Shown: positions 27,237 through 42,762, counted from the first letter of the stretch. The stretch: DNA of 64,000 nt from Octopus vulgaris (GCA_951406725.2 OX597817.1:174840001-174904000); one strand, 5' to 3'. The notes: a model not told the origin generated them from the letters alone. Numbers and translations are program-made.

Positions 27237-27771
27237 ACACACATATGTACATATAAATATATATATATATAGATAGATAGAAAGAGAGAGAGACAGCTAG
27301 ATAGCTTTGATTCTTGTTTTCTGCTTTAGTTTATGTGTGTGTGTGCATGTGTGTATGTATGTATGTATGTATGTATGTGTGTGTATGTATGTATGTATTT
27401 ATGTATGTGTGTATGTATGTATGTATGTGTGTGTGTGTGTGTGTGTGTGTGGAAATTCAGTTGTCAACTGATTTCTTCTTAAGTTTGACAATTTCCATGA
27501 CAACTGCAGTTAGATGTGTTGTTATCTTAAAATTCTGCATCTGCTTCACTTCATTTAATGGTATTCAATTACAGCAAATTCTATTATTTTGGTCCACTGT
27601 TGGTGCTGCAAACCTACCTTACAGACACAACATGAAATCATCTTTATATTCTATATTCTATAGACACATTTTTGTATTTTGTGTTACCATCTATTAGGCA
27701 GTGCTACTCCCAGTGGCAAGTACATTTAATTCTCAGTGATTGAAATGGTCTATCTCTCTCTTTATATATAT

Positions 27772-27828
<57 letters not shown>

Positions 27829-28027
27829 CATGTCATTGTGCATGTGCATGCATGCACACGTGTGTCTGATGTATGTTGTATATACAGCTTGGCTGAGTGG
27901 TAAGAAGCTTGCTTCCCAACCACATGGTTCTGGGTTCAGTCTCACTATGTGGCACATTGAGCAAGTGTCTTCTAATATAGCCTCAGGCTGACCGAAGCCT
28001 CGCGAGCAGATTTGGTAGATGGAAACT

Positions 28028-29210
28028 GTAGTGCATCCATCCTGCAATGGACACAAGTGGAGATTAACCAACTCAATCACACTACCCAAAAGACAGTGAC
28101 AATGCATGGTGTCCTCCACCCTAAGGCAAATGTACACAGGCTCTACATGAAAAGGAGTAAAGGTGGACGGGGACTGATTAGCATATGGGAGTGCATCAAC
28201 AGTGAAAGAAGAAACATGGCAGAATATTTGGTAAGCAGCAAACAAGACCTGCTACAGTATGCTGTTAATGCAGAAGGATTTAACAAAAATGGAGATGAGA
28301 GTGCTCGTGAATTCTGATCAAGGATAGCCAATGAGACAGAAGAAACCCTACTCCCCATAGAATTACATGGTCAGTTCCACCGTGAAACCAACAAACTAAA
28401 AGACCAGGAAGTATCATGGTGGTGGCTTAACAAGGGCGACCTAAAAAGAATACTGAAAGCCTAATCATTGCTGCCCAGGACCAGGCATTGAATACCAACT
28501 CAATGAAAAAGAATATATACTACACAAGTGCAACGGATCTCTGCAGAATATGTGGGAAGAAGGGTCAAAAGAGTGACTTACATTGTTAGTGCTTGTGAAA
28601 GTCTTGCACAGAAAGCATACAAGTGTAGACATGACAAGGTAGCCCAAAACCTCCACTGGCTACTATGCTATAGGTATGGATATGAGGTTACAGGTTCTTG
28701 GAACCAACATTCACTGGAAAAGGTAATAGACGAAAAGGAGAAGGTAAAAATCCTCTGGGACTTTGACTTCCAGACAATCAAGATATTAGAGCACTGAAGG
28801 CCAGATATAGTAACCTTTAGGAGGGACAAACAGGAGTCCCTAATAATTGATGTAGCAGTGCCAGATCAACATATCATCATGAAAGAAAGAGAAAAGGTTG
28901 ATAAATATGGGGACCTGAGAATTGAGATCGCTAAGATGTGGCAGCTATGAGAGTCAAACATAAAGGTTATCCCTATTGTCATCGGGGCACTGGGTTCAAT
29001 ACCACTCAATCTGAAAAACATCTGCAAACTTTAGAAATGCCCTACAATTTAGGTGTATTTCAAAAGTTGGCATTACTTGGAACTGCATGCATATTGCATA
29101 AAGTACTATCTGTCCAAGGTTCTTGTAATTTGACAAACTGTACAAACCCCCGGTAGACACAGTATTTTCAATCAAAAACCTCACAATATTGTATATTGTG
29201 TAACATCTAC

Positions 29211-29268
<58 letters not shown>
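28028..29268 (+). mobile_element. 5'-truncated R4/Dong-like non-LTR retrotransposon (CCHC finger + restriction-like endonuclease), (TAA)n tail
   Basis: LHPKANVHRLYMKRSKGGRGL, LHGQF, IIAAQDQAL, CRIC, RHDKVAQNLHW, KILWDF, RPDIV, IIDVAVP, VIPIVIGALG; frameshifts and stops; (TAA)n at 29211-29268. Confidence 0.85.
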
Positions 29269-29269
<1 letters not shown>

Positions 29270-29271
<2 letters not shown>

Positions 29272-29786
29272 GCCCTGATGCAATACCAGGCAGTGACTCT
29301 CATGGCTTCTGATCATAACTGATTGGAAGTGTTATCATGTACATTGTTTTGTCTTGGTATAAAAGATGGGCTACAGCAAATCTTCTGCTCAACACCACAG
29401 ATTTACTTGTCAGTTGCTTGACCGTAACAAGCTGAGCATGTCCCTTGGTGCTGACAATATGAGCAGAAGTAGCATAGCCATGTGTTGAGAGGAATTCTTT
29501 GGAGTTTGAATGATTCACCTCTGGAAACATGGGCGGTTCTTTCAACATCCTTAAACAAACCTTATTCAGAGACCATTTGAGCAGGATGGCCTACTCGACC
29601 TGAAGAAAATTCTAACTGGACCCCACCTGCAAAGTCATGCACTGTTTATCTTTATATGAGATCACCATTTCATGCATACATGGTTGTCATGCATGTGCCT
29701 GGTGTACCCTTATCGAATAGTTAGTCAAAATGGGTATATTGGGCTTCATATAATTGTACTCCATTATCAATCACATTGATGGCATG
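29270..29786. repeat. ~500-bp non-coding interspersed repeat, copy 1
   Basis: Colinear with 29810-30415. Confidence 0.8.
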
Positions 29787-29809
29787 TAACAACAACAACA
29801 ATGATGATG

Positions 29810-30415
29810 GTGATGCAGTACCAGGCATTGGTTCTCATGATTTCTCATCTTTATAAAGGCGGTGCTCCAGCATGGCCGCAGTCAAATGACTGAAACAAGT
29901 AAAAGAGTAAAAGAGAGTTAACTGATTGGAAGTGTTATCATGTACATTGTTTTGTCTTGGTATAAAAGATGGGCTACAGCAAATATTCTGCTCAATACCA
30001 CAGATTTACTTGTCAATTGCTTGACCTTAACCAGTTGAGCATGTCCCTTAGTGGTTGACGATATGTGCATCTCTGATCACGAGCAGAAGTTGTGGGGGAG
30101 TATCATAGCCATGAGTTGAGAGGGATTCTTTGAGGTTTGAATAATTAACCTCTGGAAACACGGGTGTTTCGTTCAGCATCCTTGAACACAAACCTTATTC
30201 AGGGACCTTTTGAGTGGGAGGACTACTTGACTTGAAGAAAATTCTAACTTGGCCCCAGCTGCAAGCTCATGTGCTGTTTATCTTCACATGAGGTCCCCAT
30301 GTTGTGTGCATGTGGTTGTGTTGCATGTGCCTTGTGTACCCTTATCAGATGGGTAGTCATGATGGGTATATTTGTACCCCAGTGTCACTTTGTTGGCATG
30401 CATTTCTCTCTCCTA
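29810..30415. repeat. ~500-bp repeat, copy 2, interrupted by a SINE-A 3' tail (~29853-29917), followed by (TAA)n
   Basis: Shared AACTGATTGGAAGTGTTATCATGTACATTG and downstream blocks. Confidence 0.8.
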
Positions 30416-30449
<34 letters not shown>

Positions 30450-31186
30450 GAGGTGGTTTCAAATTTTGCCACAAGGACAGCGGTTTTGGGGGAGAGGATG
30501 AGTTGATTACATTGACCCCAGTGTTCAACAGGTACTTATTTTATCGACCCTGAAAAGATGAAAGGTAAAATCAACCTTAGCAAAATTTGAACTCAGAATG
30601 TAGTGATGGGCGAAATACCACTAAGCATTTCATCCGGTGTGCTAACGATAATAATCCTTTCTATTATAGGCACAAGACTTGAAATTTTGGAGGAATGGTC
30701 TAGTTGATTTCTTGATCACTCGTCTATTATTTCATCTATCCCAAAAAGGTGGGAGGGAAGACCTTGATGGTATTTGAATTCAGCATGGAAAGATTAGATG
30801 AAAGGCCTGAGTGTCCTGAGTGCTAACAAATCTACCATTTCACTGCCTTATCTGATTTAAATAATGGTAACAAAATTAAATCTGTTACAAACATACAAGG
30901 ATCAGATTGTGATGGAATAAAACTAGGCATTTTGTTGCTTCTTCGAAATAAAAAAGAAATTAAGAAGTAGTTTAGTTCTAAATTTTAGTTCTACTAAAAG
31001 AAAAAAAACATATATATTCAAAATATGCAGTAAAGAATTATCGATTCCACATAAACAAGTGCCATTTGTGTTTCATTTGAATAAAAGAACTTTTACTTTA
31101 TGCCATTCAAACCAATGTAGGTTGCTGAATAAAAATTTTCTCATAAAGAGAATCAATCCCAAAGATACATTCTATATGTTGTACCT

Positions 31187-31223
31187 TCATCATCATCATC
31201 ACCACCACCACCTCCAATGCCAC

Positions 31224-31261
<38 letters not shown>

Positions 31262-31283
31262 CCACCACCACCTCCAATGCCAC

Positions 31284-31324
<41 letters not shown>

Positions 31325-31422
31325 CCACCACCACCACCACCGCCACCATCACAATTATCATCATCATCATCATTAACATTATCATCATTATCCTCATGAT
31401 CATAAGCATGACCATCATCATC

Positions 31423-31453
<31 letters not shown>

Positions 31454-31711
31454 CCACAACCCTCATCTCCATCATCATCATCGCTATCATCATAATCCTC
31501 GTCGCTCTCATCATTGGCATCGTTGTTGTCATCATCATTATCATCATCATTATCATCATCATCATCATCACTGTCATTGTCATCATTATCATCATCATCA
31601 TCACTGTCATTGTCATCATTATCATCATCATCATCACTATCTCATTGTTTTCATTGTCATTATCAATGTCGTCGTCATCATCATCATTGTTGTCATCATC
31701 ATCATCATCAT
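31187..31711. repeat. (CAT)/(CAC) microsatellite with a 60-bp internal duplication
   Basis: ACCACCACCACCTCCAATGCCACAATC at 31201 and 31261. Confidence 0.9.
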
Positions 31712-31937
31712 TCTGAAGATTTTTTTATACTTTATTGGCATGTCTTGGAATACAATCTATCAAAATTTATGTCTAGTCTACAATATTGTTACCATCAAAT
31801 AAATAATAGAGTTAAGATTTAAAAGCAACATTAGCTTATCAAAACTCCTAATTCCGTTTATATTTCAGAAAATCTCTATAGTGCACTTTTCACTGCTTTC
31901 GTAACTTCAAAATCAAATCATGATCATTTACGTGGCT

Positions 31938-31996
<59 letters not shown>

Positions 31997-32477
31997 ACAT
32001 ATATATAATAATTTATGTATTTTACTTGCAAAAGGAATAATGAAAAGTGGACCTTTCAAACATTCTGTCAGTGTAGGTGCCACAATTTGGCTTTCAGCCA
32101 AAGGTTTACTTACTGAAGAATATATATATATATATACACACATATATATATATGCATATATTCATATATACATATGCATATATACATATATATATATATA
32201 TAGACATATATATATATATATATATATACATATATACATATATATATAGATACGTATATATAAATATATATGCTAGCATGGAAAACGGACGCTAAATGAT
32301 GATGATGATGATGATGATATATATATATATATATAAGCATAATACATACACATACATAAATACATACACATACTTTGATTCTATTATCCATGCACATACA
32401 TGCATACACACACATGAACACATTTAGATGTATACACACCTGCACATATATGTATACATATATGCATATATACATAA

Positions 32478-32522
<45 letters not shown>

Positions 32523-32539
32523 CACATATATATATAAGT

Positions 32540-32570
<31 letters not shown>

Positions 32571-34416
32571 TATATATTTATATATGTTTACACACACACA
32601 CATGCACATATATATCAAAACACACATACATATATGTGTGTGTTTGCATGTATGTGTATATACATATATAAATGTGTTTATGTGTGTGTATGCATGTATG
32701 CATATGGATAGTAGAATGTATGCATGTATACATATATGTACCTTTATATATATACTGCTCACACACATACACCCACTTACCCTACCCACCACATTTATTT
32801 ATCAAAAAAAAAAGTAAGTGTCTGTTCATGCAGACACCCATTCAACCATCAAGCATTACATTGTTTGGCCCCGAAACATTAAAGTATTCCTGTGTCCTGT
32901 AATAACTCAGTAAATGATTAAATTGTTATTCATCACAGCTAAAAGTCAACTCTTCTGGGGAAAAGAATAACCAATTTTTGTGATTAGTTGATGTTTTCCG
33001 ATGACGCAATTCCCAGTCAGGACCGAGAGAAGGTTACATATTTTGGTTAGCTTGTTGCATTTAAAGCAATCTATATCTTATATTTGATAGGATTCGCATT
33101 CCTGCCAAATAACACAATACAAACTTTAAACTATCACGCATAATTTCAGGTGAACGTAACCTCACTTTTGGCAGTTTACCATAATGCACGGATTGATAAT
33201 CAAATGCTATTTAATTTAATAATTTTGTCTCTACTATAGCAGTTGAAAAGTCAATATTTTTGGCAAACTTGTAAAGCTGATATACTGAATATTAGTAAAA
33301 AGTCCTGATTAAGAAACACAGGATGCAGTAATTACACAGTAATAAAAACAATAATCACCCGTAAAGAAATAATGTTTCACCACCCAGTATGTTGTAAAGG
33401 GTTACTAATTGGCTGATATGCTAAGTCTATAAAAGTAGGATTGATGTTGTGAATGAAATGACATCCAGCTGTAAACTACTCTATCAAAAAACTACAAGTT
33501 TATTTCTTACTACATCCTTAGTTTATTTTATTAGTCCCTTTTCCCAATAAGTCACACATATGCTAACAGTCAGCTTAAGATGCTTGACATGACTGCTTTG
33601 CCTTAGAGAAAAAAAAATACTAGAATGAGAATTAATGGTTTTGCAAAACAAAAAATGAGTTTTTATTCATTAGTTTATTTATTTATTTATTTATTTATTT
33701 ATTTGACAGTTTTAATCTATATTCTGAACTTTAGATGTTTGACATGAACGTTTTTGCCTTAGAAAAATATAAGAAAAAAAACCCAGAAAACAAAAACAAA
33801 AACAAATTAATGCTTTGCAAAATAAAAAAGTACAAAAAAGTACACTATAAAAGTATTTATTTATTTTGGGGGGAAGTTTTGATATATATTTGTAATTTGT
33901 CAGAACATGTCTGTATTTAAGGTAATTTTTTTCTTTAATTATGTTATTTTAAATGCCAAATGGTTTGCATAAATGTCTTAGTTTTAATTCGTTTGTCATA
34001 GCCTAAATAAATTAGCATTCACATTCTGTGTTAAGGAGTAAATGTGATTTATTTTATCAGTTCTAGAAATATGGAACTCTAAATCAAATTTGAAGGTGTA
34101 AAATGTCCAAGCATAGCAATTAGCCATTTGTCTGTAGATTATGGATTTTATTTTTTCCCCTAATTTCTCTCAGTAAGCTAACCATAATTTTCAATTTATA
34201 TGAGTAATGAGCAGATTGTATGTGACTTGTGTTAGAACTACAATTCTGCATGGTAATAATACATGGATCATGACTGCAGGGGATTTCAGTAAACTGGAAA
34301 GAAATGAAGAAACATTACTGGTTGCCTACCTCCCTTTCTCATTCTCCATCTCTCACTCTCTCTATACACCCTTGCACTCTCCTCCCACACACTCCTGATC
34401 CTTCTACTCATCTCAT

Positions 34417-34655
34417 TTCTTATTTCTTTATTGCCCACAAGGGGCTAAACATAGAGGGGACAAAAAAAGGACAGACAAAAGGATTAAGTCGATTATATCG
34501 ACCCTAGTGTGTGACTGGTACTTTATTTATCGACCCCAAAAGGATGTAAGGCAAAGTTGACCTCGGTGGAATTTGAACTCAGAACATAACAGCAGACGAA
34601 ATACCGCTAAGCATTTTGCCTGGCATGCTAACGTTTCTGCCAGTTTGCTGCCTTA
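34417..34655 (-). mobile_element. SINE family B, full copy
   Basis: Colinear with 39207-39445 and 7333-7560. Confidence 0.85.
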
Positions 34656-35204
34656 CTCATCTCATTTCTACCCACCTCATACCTCACAGGTCCATCCTGA
34701 CACCACTATTTCTTATCATTTTTCAACACCACCCAATCACTCTCACCTTCTCTTCTAAAACATAAGGAGTCTTGTTACTCTTCTCCTGCAAGAAACCTTT
34801 TCTACTTTGGCCCCTTCTCTCATATTTTTACCTCTCATCTCCTAGCATAAAGCTGCTTCCTTGGGATTCATAATCTTTCAAACTGCTTGGGGACCTCTCT
34901 AGTGATCGTGGCTTGAAAACATACCCAATACTCACTGTAAAGTTGTTAGCATTAGGAAGCGCATCCATCCATAGAAACCGTGTTAAAGCAGGCAATGGAG
35001 CATGATGGAGTCATTGAGCTCATTGGATCCTGCCAAACTGTTCCTCCTACGCCAGCATGGAACATGGACATTAAAGAAAGATGATGATGAGGAGGAAGAT
35101 GAGGAGGGGGAAGAGGAAAATGAAAAGAAAAGATATTTAAAGCATAGAAATAAGATATTTTAATAAGAGCATATATATATGTGTGTGTGTATGTGTGTAT
35201 GTGT

Positions 35205-35250
<46 letters not shown>

Positions 35251-35538
35251 TTTAGGACAATCAGTAATTTGCCATTATAGTACTCAGAGTTTATAAACAT
35301 AAAACTGTCCTCAAACATCTTATGCCCCTGTATACATACACACACACACATATATATATATAAGAAGAAAAAATCTATCAGAAAGGAACTCTAATCTCTC
35401 TTTAAAAAATATATTTTGATCAGCATAACAAATGCGCAACCGGTAAATTAAATTACGTAAATTACTTAAATTATTTTGTCAGCATTTTCTTCATTTCCTT
35501 TTTTATATATCGCAACTCATGTTCCACATCTCCTTTTT

Positions 35539-35572
<34 letters not shown>

Positions 35573-36507
35573 CATCATCATCATTGTTTAACATCCTCCT
35601 TCTATGCTAGCATGGGTGGGATGGTTTTACAAGACCTGGCCAGACTTCTGTGACTGTTTTGGCAGGATTTTTACAGCTGGATGACCTTCCTAACACTAAC
35701 CACTTAGCAGAGTGGAGTGCGTGCTTTTAAGTGGCACCTGCACTAACAGGGTCACCAAGTACTTGCAAGACAGAAAAAAGATAAAATCTCGAGAGGGGAG
35801 GTGGCATTGGAGGAGGTAATCTTGTGTTGGATGATGAAAGGTTTTAGTGAGACAGAGAGACAGAAACAGGTGTCTTACTGTAGAAGAAGTACAAAGTTAC
35901 CCAGCCAGAGAGAGAGAGAGAGAGAGAGATTGGTTAGACTAGGTCTATAGCAGAAGACACTTGCCTAAGGTGCAACACAGTGGGATAGAACTTGAAACCA
36001 CATAGTTGCAAAGTGATCCTCTTAACCACATAAACAAAAAAACAGAAGACAGAGACAGGTAAGGAAACACCTGTTGCCTGCACCTATAATCATGTCTTCT
36101 AAAGGATTAAAGCAAGAAATGTTTATAGTTTTGGTAAGTATTTTGAATATTAAAACAAAATGCTCCAACCAGTATGTGAATAAAGTTACAAGTTTCATCT
36201 ATGGTCTACATTTAAAGTATTGCTAATTAAAATGCAATTTTACATTTTAAAGACTGTTAAATGTTATTCTACCTTCTTGACTTAGGAATTTAAAATTCAA
36301 TAACTTACCCATTAGGTGTGGCTGTGTGGTTAGGAAGTTTGCTTCCCAACCACATGGCTTTTGGGTTCGGTCTCACTATGTGACAGCTTGGGTGTCTTCT
36401 ACTATAGCCTCACACTAATCATAGCCTTAAGAGTGGATATGATAGATGACAACTGAAAGAACCCAGTTCTGTATATTATATATATATATATATATATATT
36501 ATTATTA

Positions 36508-36542
<35 letters not shown>

Positions 36543-36618
36543 GCAGCGTGGAAGGTGTTTGTAAGCCATTTAAGGAACACACAAAAGACGTTCAATTCAC
36601 TTTAACATTCAAGTTTAA

Positions 36619-36669
36619 TTTGTCAAAATATTTTCGTTGCTTTAAGACCGCGACCTGTTCACAGACAAA
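36619..36669 (-). ncRNA. Minimal type I hammerhead-like motif, G3:C8 core (left arm)
   Basis: UUUGUCU GUGAACA G GUCGC-GGUCUUAAA-GCAAC GAAA AUAU UU UGACAAA. Confidence 0.5.
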
Positions 36670-36709
36670 AATCCGTGCTGTATCAGATGCAGCACGGATT
36701 TTTGTCAGT

Positions 36710-36760
36710 TTTGTCAGTGAACAGGTCGTGGTCTTAAAGCGACGAAAATATTTTGACAAA
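36710..36760 (+). ncRNA. Minimal type I hammerhead-like motif, G3:C8 core (right arm)
   Basis: UUUGUCA GUGAACA G GUCGU-GGUCUUAAA-GCGAC GAAA AUAU UU UGACAAA; 7-bp helix I, 5-bp helix II, palindromic helix III. Confidence 0.6.
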
Positions 36761-36947
36761 TTAAACTTGAATGTTAAAGTGAATTGAACGTCTTTTGTGT
36801 GTTTCTTAAATGGCTTACAAACACCTTCCACGCTGCAATTGTTTTCGTTTCAGCACACGATCTCAGATCAGATCACTTGCTATGCAAGTACATCTTCATA
36901 ATATTATTATTATTAGATAATAAAATGTATGGAATATTAGCTAAATA

Positions 36948-37007
<60 letters not shown>

Positions 37008-37011
37008 AGCT

Positions 37012-38092
<1,081 letters not shown>

Positions 38093-39206
38093 TATATACA
38101 CGCATATGTGTGTGTGTGTGTGTGTGTGCATGTTTTTTTGTGTTTCCTTGTTTTGACATAATGTGAAAGTTGTAAATGACTGTCGTTCTCATAAATCCAT
38201 GTTATTCATTTCCAGTATTCTGTGCAAAGTCATGTCTGGTCATGAGAAAATATTATCTTGCTCGGAATAGAAGCAAGTGAAGGTTGGTGACAGAGAGAAC
38301 ATCCAACTGTAGAAAATCTGCCACGCAAATCTCTGCCAGATTCATGCAAGCATAGAGGAAATGGATATAAAAATGATGATGACAAGGTCAATGATGATGA
38401 TGATGATGATGATAATGATGATGATGTTGACGGTGATGATTATGATGATGATTTATTGGAGAAAATACTTTTCTAAGAAAATAGCAGTCAGCACTTGGTA
38501 AATGATTGAAAGAGTTGATTTATCAGGTAACCACAGATTGACATTTCAGCTATGTAGCTGAAAAAATATTTAACTGCGCATAAAACAGCTTCAGTATATT
38601 TACATGTGCAATGGAATAAAAATAAAATTAATTGATGATTAGTATTTGCTTTTCATTGATAAGTGCAAAAGACAACTGTAGACATGCCCCTCCCCCCCCC
38701 CTTTGAAGGCTCCTTAGTGATGTATGAAGAAGCAAATCATTGAGGATGTACAATAAATCATACACATTTTTGGCATGAAGTAAGAGAAATACAGACAGAT
38801 TACATTTATCTTGGACACTATTAGCGCTATTAGTGTGTGTGTATTTGTCTTCCCTCCACTATTGAAGTAGACTTTATGACCATATATGTCCAAGCCTGTT
38901 AAAACCACATTTTTATCATTATCATTGTTGTCCCCACCCTCTTTTCTATGTTTGCATGGGTCAGATGGAAATCATTGTAGCAGATTTTTCTAAGGTCAGA
39001 CGTCTTTTCCAACTGCCAACCTCATAATTTCTCCCATGGCCAGACAATTTCTCCCATGGCCAGATAATTTCTCCCATGGCCAGACATGTTTTCTCAGAAC
39101 ATTGGAAATGACCAGCATTGCTTGCTTGATTGTGATGCTCATTTACAACTATCACATGATTTCAAGATAAGGACACACACACACACACACGATGAGCTTC
39201 TTTCAG

Positions 39207-39445
39207 TTTCTTATTTCTTTACTGCCCACAAGGGGCTAAACATAGAGGGGACAAATAAAGACAGACAAACGGATTAAGTCGACTACATCGACCCCAGTGC
39301 ATGACTGCTACTTAATTTATTGACCCCGAAAGGATGAAAGGCAAAGTTGACCTCAGCGGAATTTGAACTCAGAACGTAATGGCAGACGAAATACAGCAAA
39401 GCATTTCCCCCAGCGTGCTAACGTTTCTACCGGCTCGCTGCCTTC
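39207..39445 (-). mobile_element. SINE family B, full copy nested in a SINE-A
   Basis: CTTCTTTCAGTTTCT is repeated on both sides (~39197 and ~39442). Confidence 0.8.
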
Positions 39446-40040
39446 TTTCAGTTTCTATCAACCAAATCCACTCATAAAGCTTTGGTTGGCCCAGGGTTAT
39501 AGTAGAAGACATTTACCCAAAGTGCCACATTATAGGACTGAACCCAAAACCATGTGATTGGGAGTGAACTTCTCAACTACACAATCATGTTCGCACCCAT
39601 AACCAAACATTAGTTATTTTGTATGTTTATTTTGTAAATACTTCGTTTCTGATCTCTATCAAAATATTTAATCACAAATCTACCCAGAGATAATTTCAAG
39701 AGCACTGTTGACAAATGCCTCATGTTGCTATAGCACTGCATAAAAGCAGGATTTAGTGGGTATTTTTATTGGCTTAGACATACATCCTGTTATAGCACTT
39801 GTCATTATTAAGCTAGTGCTAGAAACGTAAATTAACATGTATTTTGATGGAGGGTCCTTCTCTAGATAACCTTAGAATATGCAAGTTTGTATCATAGAAC
39901 CAGGCGCAATCTCATGAAATCTAGAGAATATCAGAAAACTAGTTACTACACTCCTGCCAATTTTGCATTGCTTGTGCTGCTAGTTGTAGATCAGAGTAGA
40001 CTCACTTGATTGCAGAGACTGTTTGATTTCAGCTAATTCC

Positions 40041-40080
40041 TATGTATGTATGTATGTATGTATGTATGTATGTATGTATG

Positions 40081-40111
<31 letters not shown>

Positions 40112-40274
40112 GTATGTATGTGTGTATGTATGTATGTATGTATGTATGTGTGTATGTATGTATGTATGTATGTATGTATGTATGTATGTATGTATGTATG
40201 TATGTATGTATGTATGTATGTATGTATGTATGTATGTATGTATGTATGTATGTATGTATGTACATATGTATGTA
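40041..40274. repeat. (TATG)n microsatellite
   Basis: Direct reading. Confidence 0.95.
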
Positions 40275-40779
40275 AAGTTTATTTGCCAACATAATATGGC
40301 AGTCCTGAATAGGACTATTTTACTACATTTTAACCCCAGAAAAAACATCTTTTCCAGCTGGTTCATCAACACATGATCTGTGTCCAAGTAAGGAGGCTTA
40401 CTACTCCCTTCTAGCCATTGGCAGTGCCAGCAGACCAATGGTTTCTGGTTAATTTCTCTTCTTTGGTACTGGGCAACTGCCTGCCTAGAGACAGCCGACC
40501 TTACTCACAGTATATACTTATCTAAGTGACTGTCAGCCGCTGATCTCACAAGGAGAAAAACAACTAGTTTTAATCTCTAATTGACATCTACACTGGCGAA
40601 AATAAATTTAAGACTGATGATAAAAGTTCTATTTCTTACAAAATATTTTGTTATTAACACCATACAAATTATACAAATTATTATCTTTTACACCTAATGC
40701 AGAATTTATTTCTCTTTCGAATGATGCAGACAATAACTATTTTTATACAACTTGAAAAATTCTATTGCTAAATTAATAT

Positions 40780-41146
40780 CTCTCTCTTTATCCGCTCAGT
40801 CGAAGTCGACTCTTGGTCACTCGTTGGATCAGTGTCCTCCAGTTAGTTCTATCCTGGGCCGCTTCTTTCAGATTGGCTATGTCCATTCCAGTATCACTCT
40901 TGATGGTGTCAAGCCAGCGGGTTCTTGGTTGACCTCTTCCTCTCTTGCCACTGACCATTCCGAGCATGATGTCATTCTCCAGGGATTTTCTCTGCATAAT
41001 ATGACCGAAATATGCCAATCTATGCTCTGTGATCCTAGCTTCTAGCAGCATTTTCGGCCTTATCTGCTTAAGAACTTCTCCATTGGTGAGCCTCGCTGTC
41101 CATGGAATTCGTGAAAGTCTTCTCCAACACCAAAGCTCGAATGCAC
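40780..41146 (-). mobile_element. 5'-truncated RTE/BovB-like LINE
   Basis: AFELWCWRRLSRIPWTAR; RLAYFGHIMQRKSLENDIMLGMVSGKRGRGQPRTRWLD...VTKSRLRL*. Confidence 0.9.
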
Positions 41147-42714
41147 TAATATAAGCGTTTCAAATTTACCGCAAAATTAGTTTTACATTCTGAGTTCAAA
41201 TGCTACCAAGGTTGACTTTACTTATATCCTTGTTGAGGTTTATAAATTAAGAGCTAAGGGAGCACTGGGGTTGATGTAATCAGCTAGCTCCTCCCCACCC
41301 AAATTTCAGTCTTTATGTTTATAGTAGAAAGGAATATATCTCATGGTTGGAATACTTAAAAAAAAAAAATGTTTTAGAATCAAATAAGAAGGAAAGGGAT
41401 GTTGAGGTGATGAAAGGGAAAGAGAAGAGAGAAATAGAAGAAGCAGCTGAACTGGTGGAGATGCGAAGGTGAAATATAAAGTGGAATACTTACAAAATTG
41501 GTGCTGATGTTTACTCATCTATATGTAATGCAATTATTGTTGCATGAAATACCAGATAAATTTGGTGGCTGACACTATTTCCTGCACTAATCATTCTAGA
41601 ATAATTTAATTAGAATTTAAGAAATTTCTCAGATTATTGACTGCAGAGTCATGGGAGTAAGAGCCTAATTTCTTGGAAACATAACTAATTTGATCTTAAA
41701 TAAGATCAAGTAAGAGGAAATATTTTCTGACATCTGCTGTATAGATATATATCAAAAGAAATCATTATTACTTACATCAATATTATCGTAATTATTATTG
41801 TTTTTTTTATATTTGCTATTTTTTCATTGATAGAAAACTAGGATAAATTGTTGCATTTAATAACTAATTAATTTAGTCCTTGGTAAATTTTCACTTCATC
41901 CCTTCAAAAATGAATGAAAATAAAATGGAAATAATTATGACTGAATTGTGAAAACTTAAAACAGTAAAAGTGTCTAACTGTTTAAATGGTTGTCATATAT
42001 TGCAGCATATTCTATCAGTCCGTATATATTAATATTTAATTTTCTGGGAATATAGTAAGCAATGATTTGGTAGAATCATTAAAGCATCAGAAGAAATTAC
42101 CTTGTGATATTGACACATAATATGCATGTGATATGGATCATACATTAATTCATCGAAGCATTGGTTTCACTTCAGAATATCAGACAGAATTCTATTTCCA
42201 AGAACTGGCTTGCTGTATTTTTGGCAATCACATTTCCTCATAGAACATCCTCTCAGGCATTTATTACCTGCATATATATTTATCAACTAAAATTTGTCAT
42301 GTCTACTGCAGGCTTTGCAAATCTCATGCTGGTATTTTCAAACCATTTATATGTGCAAGACAAAATTGTTGATGGAGAAACAAAATATTTATACAGCAAA
42401 TATGAAACATTTATAAGCAATAATTTGAGATCAAAAAGAACATCTAATCCAGTGATGGGAATTTAATTACCAAATCTTTCCTACAGGGTTTTTCACTTTC
42501 ATCAATATAACCAATAAATATATGTACCTGATTTGAGAGAGAAGGGAAAGCCATAAACTTATTACGGTGTACATGATAGTGCATTTGGCTGGTGGCTAAA
42601 CGATATCTAATTTGGTTCCTTTCAGTGAGTTTCATGTTCTTTCATGAACTCAGAGTTGTTGTTTTACACACTATTAATGTCTAATATTGTTTATACTAAA
42701 CTTACTTTATATGC

Positions 42715-42759
<45 letters not shown>

Positions 42760-42762
<3 letters not shown>

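Larger units (their letters stand above)
36540..36839. repeat. 300-bp near-perfect palindrome (inverted pLTR-like)
   Basis: ATTGCAGCGTGGAAGG...CCTTCCACGCTGCAAT; centre at ~36685; few mismatches and a 9-bp duplication in the right arm. Confidence 0.95.

Noticed and set aside
29270-29345. HDV-like ribozyme at the 5' end of the 500-bp element
   Set aside because: A P4-like hairpin exists, but P1 and P1.1 pairing could not be built.
36446-36831. Near-identical ORFs on both strands
   Set aside because: A consequence of the palindrome; no protein signature.
42161-42635. 101-aa ORF or mariner remnant (KLTERNQ)
   Set aside because: No further motifs or splice support.
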